From the NCBI GenBank assembly GCA_951406725.2, contig OX597829.1:17608001-17672000 (forward strand): a DNA stretch of 64,000 bases, read 5' to 3'. Position 1 is the stretch's first letter. Every line of letters begins with the position of its first letter. The stretch comes from Octopus vulgaris (Eukaryota). The notes under the pieces were generated by a model that had not been told where the DNA came from, made no database searches, and saw only the letters and a program-made list of their open reading frames with translations. This document shows, piece by piece, positions 52,971-64,000 of the stretch. The position numbers and the translations under genes are program-made.

Positions 52971-53142
52971 TTCATAAATATATATATATATAAACAACTT
53001 ATCAGCATATTGGCTTTGAAATAATTTTCTTTAGCCCTTACTTATAAGTTGTTTATAATTTTAACCGTAAAGGTATTTTAATATGCTGCAACATTTCTTG
53101 ATGGAATTTTTTTCTGTAGAGAAAAAACTTCATCCTATATTA

Positions 53143-53202
<60 letters not shown>

Positions 53203-53400
53203 AAGGCAGCACGGAGCTTTGTCAGTGACAGGTCGCGGTCTTATAGCGGCGAAAATATTTTGACAAATTAAACTTAAATGTTGAAACGAACCGCCTTTGT
53301 GTGTTTCCTAAATGGCTTACAAACACCTTCCACGCTGCAATTGTTTTCGTTTCAGCACACGATCTCAGATCAGGTCACTTGCTATGCAAGTGCATCTCCG

Positions 53401-53445
<45 letters not shown>

Positions 53446-53498
53446 ATCCAAACAAGAAAACACAGAAAAAAACACATATATATATATATATGTATATG

Positions 53499-53576
<78 letters not shown>

Positions 53577-53581
53577 TATAT

Positions 53582-53621
<40 letters not shown>

Positions 53622-53773
53622 TTTTCCTAGTTTCAGCTCAGAGCTGCGGCCATGCTGATATATATATATATACATATATCTTCATATATATATATGTATA
53701 GAGAGAGAGAGAAAGAAAGAGAGAGAGGGAGACAGACAGACAGTCAGACAAACAGACAGAAAAACAGACAGAC

Positions 53774-53828
<55 letters not shown>

Positions 53829-54444
53829 CAGACATGCAAAAACATGCAAACATGCGCACGTACGCGCGCGCGTGTGTGCTTGCGTGTGTGCATGTGTGTG
53901 TGAATGTGTGTGTAAGTGTGTGTGCGAGGTGTGTGTGTGTATGTATTCGCATTAAAGTGAACAGACACTCGCCGCCCGCCAATTGGGTATGGATTGGTAA
54001 CTAGTACTACGCAATTGCTTATTAGACTTCGTTTCGGCTCTCTTAGAATTTCACACACAGCGGCACATCAAGTATATGGCACACAGCAAGGAAAGAGAAC
54101 TAGAACAGTATTCAGTTTTGTATGCATTTTCAACAGAAAAGGAAACAGAAGCAAAGTGCAATGAAGTTATGGCTCAAATGTACACGGGCTACTCGGTTCA
54201 GGACATGAACGTAGGATATTATAATGTAAAGTCAAACACTATAACCATTTTGCCAACCGCTTTCACACACAAACGTCCTCCCCTTCATACACACACACGC
54301 ACACACACAGACACACACGAACATACACAAACACAAACATATATATATTTGTATTTATATTGATGTGTGTGTGTGTGTAAATATATTTAAACATACTAAT
54401 CGAATTATACTTATTTGTCCAAATTATTTCTTCTTCTTCTTCTT

Positions 54445-54519
<75 letters not shown>

Positions 54520-55331
54520 GCTTACGAACCACATGGTTCCGATTTCGGTCCCATTGCGTGGGACCTTGGGCAAGTATCTTCTACTATAGCCTCGGGCCGC
54601 CCAAAGCCTTGTGAGTGGATTTGGTAGACGGAAACTGAAAATAGACCGTCGAACCTCTCTCTTCGCCGCGGGTCCCCCTCCTCCTTCCTTCTTCTTTGCC
54701 TATAAAACAAAATTCCTTTACACGTGGTTCTTACTATTGAAAAGACTGCCTCCACACGCTGATACAATACTTTTAGTCTTCGCCAGCAAAAGGCTTTTTC
54801 GTTCGTCCCCCTGTGTGGTTGATTTCCTGTATCGTATTCTTTTTATTTTCTCGTTTTGTAACTAATTGTATTTTTTGTACATGTATTTTTATTTTTGCAG
54901 TTTTATTGTTTGTCTATGCCAGAAAAAAAGGCTTTTTCGTTCGTCCTCTTGTGTGTTTGTTTTTGTACATGTATTTTAATTTTGCAGTTTTATTGTTTGT
55001 GTTCGTACTCATTTTGCCCCGCTGCTTGGAATTTTATTTTAATTCTCTCGCAGGAAGGCCTATTGGATTAGTGTTCTGTCTATGCCTTCGAAACATGCCT
55101 GACTCCACTAGCGACAGCTGATGACGGGGGTTTTGTCCTTGTGTAGCTCGTCCTGTAATTGTTTTTCGTTTTTCGTTTTCTTGTTTTTTGTTTTTTGTTT
55201 TTTTCCGTTTCTACGTCTTATTGTGATGTCCTGTACTCCCGTATAATTATTTATATATGCATGTATATATACATGTAGATGTAGGTACGTACATATATGT
55301 TTGTATGTATGCATATATTTTTTATTTATCA

Positions 55332-55379
<48 letters not shown>

Positions 55380-55406
55380 GTAGACGGAACCTGAAAAAAG
55401 ACCGTC

Positions 55407-55456
<50 letters not shown>

Positions 55457-55655
55457 TTGTGTGTTTGTGTTTGTCCCCGCATCCAACATCGCTTTTCAAC
55501 CGATACTGTTGTGTTTACGTCCCCGTAAACTAGCGGTTCGGCAAAAACAAAACCGATAGAATAAGTACTAGACTTACGAAGAATAAGTTCTGAGGTCGAT
55601 TTTGTTCCTCTAAAGGCGCTGCTCCAGCATGGCCGCAGTCAAATGACTAAAACAA
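54520..55655 (+). mobile_element. SINE B split by a ~720-bp insertion bounded by 35-bp direct repeats
   Basis: ATTTGGTAGACGGAA(A/C)CTGAAAA(T/A)AGACCGTCGAA at 54619-54653 and 55375-55409; head before, tail after. Confidence 0.8.
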
Positions 55656-55811
55656 ATATACACACGGGATTCTGGTAGAGTTTCCGTCTACCAAATCCAC
55701 TCACAAAGCTTTTGGGTCGGCCCAAGGCTATAGTAGAAGATACTTGCCAAACCTGCCACGTATAGGTCTAAAACCGGAACCATGCGGTTGGGAAGCAAGC
55801 TTCTTACTACA

Positions 55812-56108
55812 AGAACCCAAGTGAAGTTTTAAAATTCACAACAGATATCTCAGCAGCATTTTTTTTATCGATCAATACTTCTATAAGTTCGATCACATGA
55901 TGATAAAAAATCTGCTCTCGTCAGGTGGTTTTAATCAAATAATCATACAGTTATGTGGAGAATTTAAACATTTAGCTTGTATGTGGATCTAAATTCTCTA
56001 CATAACTCGATGATTGTTTGTTTAAAAATTACCTGACAAGGACAGATTTCTTTTCAATATGTTGCTGAAACAGTTGTTATGAATTTTTTAAAACTCCACA
56101 TGTGTTCT
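55812..56108. mobile_element. Old degenerate fold-back (MITE-like) element
   Basis: Outer AGAAC..GTG.AGTTTTAAAA.TTCA..TCAGCA.CAT and inner AATCTG..GTCAGGT..AGTTATGT.GAGAATTTA each have an inverted partner. Confidence 0.65.
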
Positions 56109-56228
56109 GTTATACAAACGCCATACTTGGAACAAACACGAGGTTGGATCTATAACTTATTATATATATATATTTATATATAATGATAAATCTCAGAGCG
56201 AGTTATAAACAGTAGCAGCAACACATCG

Positions 56229-56646
56229 TGACGTATATTTGCCATTTGAATATGGCTAACCCCTAAGGGTGCATGCTACTGTAGTTTATAGCCCCAGGAG
56301 GACACCTCCTCCAGCTGGCTATAGGCACACTTTCTGTGCCCTATCAGTATTTGCGAAGGGAAGCCATCCTTCCCGTCTTCAACTCATGATACACACGGAC
56401 TCGAGTTTCAGGGTATTGACCCGTCATTATTATTATTGTCACACGCCGATGACGGTTCAATACCCTGAAACTCGAGTCCGTGTGTATCATGAGTTGAAGA
56501 CGGGAAGGATGGCTTCCCTTCGCAAATACTGATAGGACACAGAAAGTGTGCCTATAGCCAGCTGGAGGAGGTGTCCTCCTGGGGCTACAAACTACAGTAG
56601 CATCCACCCTTAGAGGTTAGCCATATTCAAATGGCAAATATACGTC

Positions 56647-56647
<1 letters not shown>
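56229..56647. mobile_element. 419-bp palindromic fold-back/MITE element (199-bp arms, 21-nt loop)
   Basis: 56229-56427 is the near-perfect reverse complement of 56449-56647; the ORF track shows the same peptide on both strands. Confidence 0.93.
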
Positions 56648-56740
<93 letters not shown>

Positions 56741-56929
56741 GGATAATAAAACGAATGGTTTACACCTGGTAGCTTACTGGTAAAGCACGGTCACTTTCAG
56801 AGTGATCGTTAGGTGAATAACAAATGAAAGACAGAAGATGGAATATACTAGAATATATTATTAATCACAACAATTGTTTCGACACATCTAGCATTAACTC
56901 CTCTTGTGGGACACTCAACAACTGGTTCG

Positions 56930-56965
<36 letters not shown>

Positions 56966-57026
56966 ATATTTCTGAATGGTCATTTTGCCAGTTTAGCCAA
57001 TATATAAACGTATATATATACATATA

Positions 57027-57065
<39 letters not shown>

Positions 57066-57074
57066 GGAGAGAGA

Positions 57075-57115
<41 letters not shown>

Positions 57116-57691
57116 TTAGATACAGAAGCAAAGAGTTATGTGTGAACAGATAGATCGGTGTGTTTGCATGCGTAAATAGATGTATACATAAATATTGATA
57201 TATGCGTCATGAAAATACCACGAACCCATACATATTTATTGCGACGGTTTAGTCTCGTTTTTCTCATATTATAATTATTCTTTTTGTTTTGCTCAATTTC
57301 ATGATTTTTTTTTTCTTGACGGCTACCGCTTTCCTTCATCCTGATTTTTAATGGGTCTGTCTGTCAAATTGACTCTTATAAGAGATTAAAATTGTCAGAG
57401 CCGCCATCATAGAACGTTCAGAATGTAATTTTCTAAATTAACCTTAATCACTTATGGCATTTTGCGCTTATATTAATGTACTTATTCAGAGCTATTTTAT
57501 TGCGTGTAAGTATTACACAAACACACAACGAACTGTGAAGACAAACACACGCACAGGTTATATGCACGCACGCATATTTACACCCATTCATTCATATACA
57601 TACATACTTATGTGTATATATATATATATATATATGTATATACATAGATACATACATACATACATACATATACTGCGTGAGCATATGTATG

Positions 57692-57753
<62 letters not shown>

Positions 57754-58470
57754 TATATGTATGTATATATGTACGCACACACAAAATATACTTGGCAACT
57801 CGGATTGTTTATATGTAAATCAAAACCTAGAATATAATTCTTCATATAATTTGGCATTAATGATTTTACACTATTTAATTTATTGATGTGCGATTATATT
57901 GCCATATATGGGATTTTATAATCATTAATGTTTTTGTTTGAACTCCCAAGATTTTTATTAAAAAGAAAAAAATGTGATGGAGAAATGAAATACAAAACAG
58001 GAAAACCTCAGAACTATATGATATAGAAGAAGAAATTTATTTCTACTTTATATATGGAAATTTGGTTATCTAAAGTTTTAATCCGGAGCAAGCTTAAGTA
58101 TGTGAACTGCGTGAAACTTTATTAGCGATAAAATCTCTCCTTAAATGTGAATTCCATAACCTTTTCGAATATTTAAGGCAATGGTTATGATTTAATGTTT
58201 CATGCAGCAAATTCAGTGAAAAGTCAACATGACACGGCCTGTCCTAGTCTAAGTTTAACACCAAAAGCTAACGAATGTAGAAATCAAGTTTACAATTTTT
58301 TCTTTGAGGGGTTTTTTTTTTGCCACTATCTAAAACGGCACCTAACCAGAACCTAGTGAATGCAACTTTCACAAGTATTGTCGTTGTAGGCAAGATACTT
58401 TTTATGAGAAAGAGACAAATTCTTGATGCCCGTCACATTGCGCATAAAGTCACTGTAATTCTCTTTCTGT

Positions 58471-58820
58471 ATACTTACTTGTACTTGTGGCGACATTCAC
58501 CCTGGGCGGGATGAGTCGGCTTCTTCTACCACGGAAGAAGGTTCGTGGGAATATGTGGATTTCACAAGCGGTCCCCAACAATCCCGCATGTGGAGACATC
58601 CTGTTTGCCGCAGATTGTCCGCAGACGCAGGGACAGAACGACCGAGGAGCCGCCGGTTACCGAAGCAGACACTCCGAGGATTTTCACCAGAGCCCCATCT
58701 GTCAGGTTGTGGCCCTAATACTACTCGGTGTCAGACCAATCCGCCTTGGGTGGCCCTACCAGGAACCGAAGTTCCCGACAGTATAGCTCTGACACTACCC
58801 GTTGCCAGCGTCCCCACCAA
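58471..58820 (-). mobile_element. ~350-bp GC-rich non-autonomous RTE-type element (5'-UTR-like structured motif plus AAGT(A/AC) tail)
   Basis: Minus strand GAGCTATACTGTCGGG...CCTGGTAGGGCCACCCAAGGC resembles RTE-clade 5' UTRs as I recall them; ends ...GTCGCCACAAGTACAAGTAAGTA. Confidence 0.6.
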
Positions 58821-58997
58821 TACACAATATATAGAGTTGCCACAAAGCCGAGGTAAAGATTTCAACGGAAACTTGAAAGCATCTACAAATGATAGTCAGG
58901 TGTACGCGTGTGATGTATGCCTTCAAATCTTAGAACATTTACATAATATATACATACACGCATACAAACATACTTTACGTAGGTACGTACGTAAGCA

Positions 58998-59125
58998 CAT
59001 ACATACATACATACATACATACATACATACATACATACATACATACATACATACATAAATACATACATACATACATACATACATACATACATACATACAT
59101 ACATACATACATACATACATACATG
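58998..59125. repeat. (CATA)n microsatellite
   Basis: Direct reading. Confidence 0.98.
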
Positions 59126-59299
59126 CATAAATACGTACAAACATATGACGCCGTCAACATCGGACGTGCAGGTGTAAGAAGACCGTTTAAAAAGTCCGTT
59201 TTGAACGCCTTCCTCTAGAAATATGCCGACTCCTCCAGCCTAAATCGGTAACTGATTTATTTCTCCAATAATTAATAAGAAAAACAACACCTTTTATTC

Positions 59300-62200
59300 A
59301 CCAACGTAGCATTATGGCTAACACGATTGTGGGTGAAACTAACATCACCACAGATGAAACTAACAATGTCACCGCCGATGAAAACAGAACTACTTCACCA
59401 GTAAGTTATTTAAGAAGACTTAAGTACTCTTATCATTTTATTTGAACTCAATACCTAAACCAAGATTTACTTCGGTGCTATGAATAAGCCCGAGATGACC
59501 CTTCAATCGGATACATGAAGCGGTTAAAACAATAATGGGACGAAGCTCATCTCAACTTAAATGCCTTCACGGCGCAACAACTCCGACAATAAGCACCTTT
59601 TGTTATAAAAGAAAAAAGGAAAACAAATCAACTGCTCCTCGATCCTCCCAAAACACTGATGTTGGGCTAAAATCTGCCAGAAAAGTATTGTAAACAAACC
59701 ACCGCACCCGCCATCGCTAAATTCGAGTGTGTCTTCAAATTTAGTTGACTCAGTAGCGAAGACTGCGGAATACATCCAACTCAAAAACATTTTAAAATTA
59801 CAATTCGCAAAAAAATTTTGCTACTTTCTCGAAGCTTTCGTAGAGCAGCAGGCCATTACAAACAAGAGTGAGAAAAAATCCGACTGATTCTCCTTAAAAA
59901 GGATGAGAACATTGTCACATATGCAAGGACCGTAGAACGAATGTTAAGTTTTAAACTTATAGAACTTACTCCTGAGATGTTTAAGTGCTTCATTTTTGCA
60001 CAAGGCCTTACAGCATATGAAGATACAGTTGTTTAAAGTTATCAACGATATCGCTGGAGAGCACATGGAATCATGGGATGTTAGCTAGTGGAATATTAAT
60101 ACTCTTATATTCACAGCCGCTATTACTCTTAAAGAACACCTAAGAGAAATCTACAGTGAACAATGTAACGAAATTACTAAACGGAAACATCCTAGATGGA
60201 AAACAAAGCTAGATCCTAGATGGAAAACTCTATCTTGAACAAATATTAACGAAACTTTATGGCACACCGAACTTTACAGTCCACACCGAACTCTTGAGGG
60301 AAAGCTAATCACTTAAAAACATGAACTCAGGACGGTGAACGAGAAACTCCGCAATCGCAAGCGAATTTTTGAACGAACCAGTATCAATCGCAAGTTTGCT
60401 TCCAACAACACAAACATTATTCAGAGAGATGAGGAAGGAAAACATTACCATCAAGAAAGCTCCCTCCAAAGAAATTCTACAATCATTCTGGTCAAACATT
60501 TGGAACAAAAAGAGGGATTTCAACATGAATACATCATGGTTAAATACAATTGAGAGAAAATACTGTACCAAAGCTAACAGTAAAACATACAAAATTGATG
60601 CAGAAACCTTCGCTAAAGCAGTAGGCAAACTGTAGAAACTAGAAGGTACCTGGAAAGGACCTAACAGTACCTAATTGGTATAAGAGGCTGACGTTTTTAG
60701 AAACCAATTAATATGTATGTTCAAAAGGACTATGGAAGGTCAGAATGATATACCAAATTGGCTTGCTACATCAAGGGCAAATCTTGTTGCCAAAAATGAA
60801 ATTACTAAGATGGCAGAAAACTACTGGCTCATTGCTTGCCTAAACATTATGTACAAACTGTACGCAAGTTGCTTCAACCAATTCCTCCAGGACCATTGTG
60901 AGTCAAACATTGTGACTGATGAACAGGCTGGTGGAAAGAAGGAATTGTAGGATGTGCCAAACAACTCTTAATAAACAAATTTGCAGTGTCTGAAGTAAGA
61001 GAAAAGGCATCGACTCTCTCTCAATCATGGCTGTTGAAGTGCCTACGTCTGGCAAAGGAACCTACTACTTCAATTGCTGCTACAGAGAGACTCACAAAGA
61101 CAAGCACAATAATTCTTACCCTTACAACTGAGAACAGAATAATAATTGTTTCTAATAGTGTAGGTATTTCAAAAGGAATGGTCCAGGGATATAGTCTTTC
61201 TGTAATTCTTTTCATTTTGGCACTGAATCCATTATCGTTCCTACTGCAGAAAACAAATGGTTACATGCTAGAATTTTTAACTGCCAGAAATATCAATGTA
61301 ACTCATAATCTATTTGTAGACGACCTGAAGATTTATGCTAAAAGTGTTAATAATGCCAAAAAGCAACTGGAATTAATAACAACATTTTCAGCCGATACAG
61401 TAATGGAATTTGACCAAAAGAAATGTTCATATTTGGCTATAGAACGAGGAAAGTCAGTCCTCCAAGCCCCAAACTTGTGCATCACCAGTCTCTCTGTTTC
61501 TCCCATTCCATACAAAGAATGTTACAGATACCTAGACATAGACGAAGATGTATCGTATGAAGGCATTGAATAAAGATAGAGTGACCCGAGAATATTACAC
61601 CAGACTTAGGAAAATATGGCAGTCGGAACTCTCCTCTTACAACAAAACAATATCCCACAATGCATTTGTAGTACCAGTGCTGATCCCAACATTTGGGATA
61701 CTTGATTGGTCTGTAGAGGAAATCCACTCCATAGATATCAAAACTCACAAAATCTTGACAGATTTGGGAAATCCCACAGAAACAGTGATGTTGACAAGCT
61801 CTACCTAAGAAGAAATGAAGGTGGTAGAGACCTGAGATCAGTGCAGACGGCCTTCGAATGTTGTATGGTATCACTCAGGTAGCACCTGCTAAACAACAGC
61901 AGCAAAAATAAATATATAAGTGCAGTGCTGAAAAGTCAAGTGATCAACATTGTACGAGTTGGCAATGAGCTCATGAAGCACTTTCTTCCTGATGATCTCC
62001 TATACAGCCCGAAAACAGCTGGGCTATCTTACCTCAGAGAAGACCTGGATGGAAAGTACACACACACACACACACACACAAAAGACTATGCATGGGTATG
62101 TTGCCCAGAAGCTTGAAGAAGACAAGAATTGACACGAAGTGCAGCTTCTCTTGGACATAAGACCACAACAACACATCAGACTTTGAAGGCTATGCGTTTG

Positions 62201-62800
62201 CAATCCAGGAATGGGAGATTGCCACAAAATACCTGGTGAACAAGAGAGACAATGACGCTCTTATAATTCCAAGGTACAACTGTATGTGTAGGCTATGTCA
62301 TGTTTCTGTGGAAGACATCACGCCTGTGATTAGCAGCTGCCCTAAAATGTCGTTACGGTACTACCTCCCTATGCGGCACGATGTTGTCACTAAAACATCC
62401 GCAAAAAAGACTGTGCTGAAATAAACTTAGAAAATCCCTCTGTTATGGAATACATTCATAAACAAATCAAGGAATACTGGTGAAATATACCCATCAAAAC
62501 TTCTGTCAAATGTAAATATAACAGGCTGGATATTGTTGTTTGGGACAGAAGGGCAAAGGAATGTGCCATCATAGAAGTTAGCTGCCCTGCAAGTATAAAT
62601 ATCTCTTTGAAAATCAAAGATAAAGAGGAATCAACCAGCTGATTCACGCATTGCAAGTGCAATCTGAGAGTGGAACAGTAAAATATGCAAGTCCTTTCAT
62701 AAGTTCCAAGTGTTTAGTACATCCCAAAGATGGAGATTTGTATCTTCGTTGGAAACCAGCACCCTCGTCAGTGAAAGATATATAATAATTAAAAAATAGA
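59300..62800 (+). mobile_element. Degenerate RLE-type non-LTR retrotransposon (R4/Dong-like): RT, CCHC knuckle and restriction-like endonuclease, many stops and frameshifts
   Basis: ENYWLIACLNIMYKL..DEQAG (60717-60950); GMVQGYSLS..LF..ALNPL, HNLFVDDLK (FVDD 61313-61324), KKC, YRYL; CRLC..EDI..VISSC..RHD (~62290-62382); RLDIVVWD...IIEVSCP (~62523-62588); no APE domain seen. Confidence 0.9.
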
Positions 62801-62944
62801 AAAAGAGACATATACATACATCTAACGTGTCACGGCAGACGACATCGACAGAATAAGTTCCAATATTAAAAGAAATAGTACGGGGGTTCAACCAAAAATT
62901 CTTCAAGGTGGTACTGTCTGTCTGCCTGTCTGTCTGTCTGTCTG

Positions 62945-63600
62945 TATGTATCTACGTACGTATGTATGTATATATGTATGCATGTGTGTGTATGCATGTA
63001 TGTATGTATGCATGTATGTATGTATGCATGTATGTATGTATCTGTGTATGTATGTATGCGTGTATGTGTGTATGCGTGTGTGTATGTATGTATGAATGTA
63101 TATAAAAATTTATACGCATGCTTCTATACATGTTTGTGTGTATGTATGCATGTACGTATGTATGTAGGTATGAATGTATGTATGTATGTGTGTATGCATG
63201 TGTGTATGAATGTATGTATGTATGTATGTGTGTGTGTATGCATATATGTATGTATGTATGTATGTATGAATGTATGTATGAATGTATGTATGTATGTATA
63301 TATGTATGTATGTATGTATGTATGTGTGTGTGTATGCATATATGTATGTATGTATGTATGTAGGTATGAATGTATGTATGTATGTATGTATGTATGTATG
63401 TATGTATGTATGTATGTATGTATGTATGTATGTATGTATGTATGTGTGTATGTATGTATGTATGTATGTATGTATGTATGTATGTATGTATGTATGTGTG
63501 TATGCATGTGTGTATGTATGTATGTATGTATGTATGTATTATGTATGTATGTCTATATGTGTGTATGTATGTATGCATGTATGTATGAATGTCTGTATGT
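62945..63600. repeat. Long degenerate (TATG)n microsatellite
   Basis: Direct reading; source of the MYVC/HTYI ORFs. Confidence 0.98.
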
Positions 63601-64000
63601 CTGTTTGTCTTCATATGTTGCTGTGAGTAGTTCTTCAATTCAAGCAGACACTGAGCACAATAAAGTATTTAATATCTCGCACGAACTAAATTCATATTAC
63701 TTCTACTGGGTTTTTTTTCTACTCTGTCTGTGTGTGCGTGTGTGTGTGTGTGATTTTCTGTATGTGTGTGTGTGCGTGTTTATCTGTGCGTACTTGTGCT
63801 TATGTACGTGTGTGTTTGTGTGTGTGTGTGTGAGAGAGAGTACGTGCACGCGCACGCGCACGTGTGATTGAGTGTTTGTTTGTGTGTGTGTAGTAAAGAA
63901 GTTGTTAGCTCAGCATTATGGCTGACTGTAGATTCAGCGTTTGAATCCCGCAAGCGATGTTGCAAATGTTTGCATTCTTTCGTTCTCTTTCCTTCCCTCC

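Noticed and set aside
53965-54000. Promoter-like GC box plus CCAAT/ATTGG cluster
   Set aside because: Short motifs with no downstream gene evidence
58705-58722. Pistol ribozyme-like UUAGGGCCAC on the minus strand
   Set aside because: The P1 partner and downstream pseudoknot strand are absent

Overview
AT-rich, repeat-dense animal DNA with no intact protein-coding gene that I can recognise. The tRNA-headed SINE families and very high (TA)n/(TATG)n/(CA)n microsatellite load suggest a cephalopod (octopus-like) intronic or intergenic region; this is inference, not a database result. Nearly all listed ORFs are translations of microsatellites or SINEs. Supported content: at least four tRNA-derived SINE families (A-D, labels mine), many with TSDs and some multimeric; decayed non-LTR retrotransposons (a ~3.5 kb R4/Dong-type RT+RLE element, two L1/Tx1-type 3' fragments, RTE, R2/NeSL-like and CR1-like scraps); Penelope-like remnants with a GIY-YIG fragment and minimal hammerhead-ribozyme motifs; mariner, maT/DD37D-like and Chapaev-like transposase remnants; a non-autonomous Helitron; several fold-back elements; and weak evidence for a spliced minus-strand transcript at 26-28.6 kb. 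Most worth follow-up: a compact cUUCGg-capped structured RNA in an RTE-type mini-element (58.7 kb), the Penelope hammerheads (29.3, 39.6, 42.0 kb), the 3' end shared by the dominant SINE and the Tx1-type LINE, and head-to-tail 184-bp SINE multimers. Coordinates were counted by eye; ends of degenerate elements are approximate.
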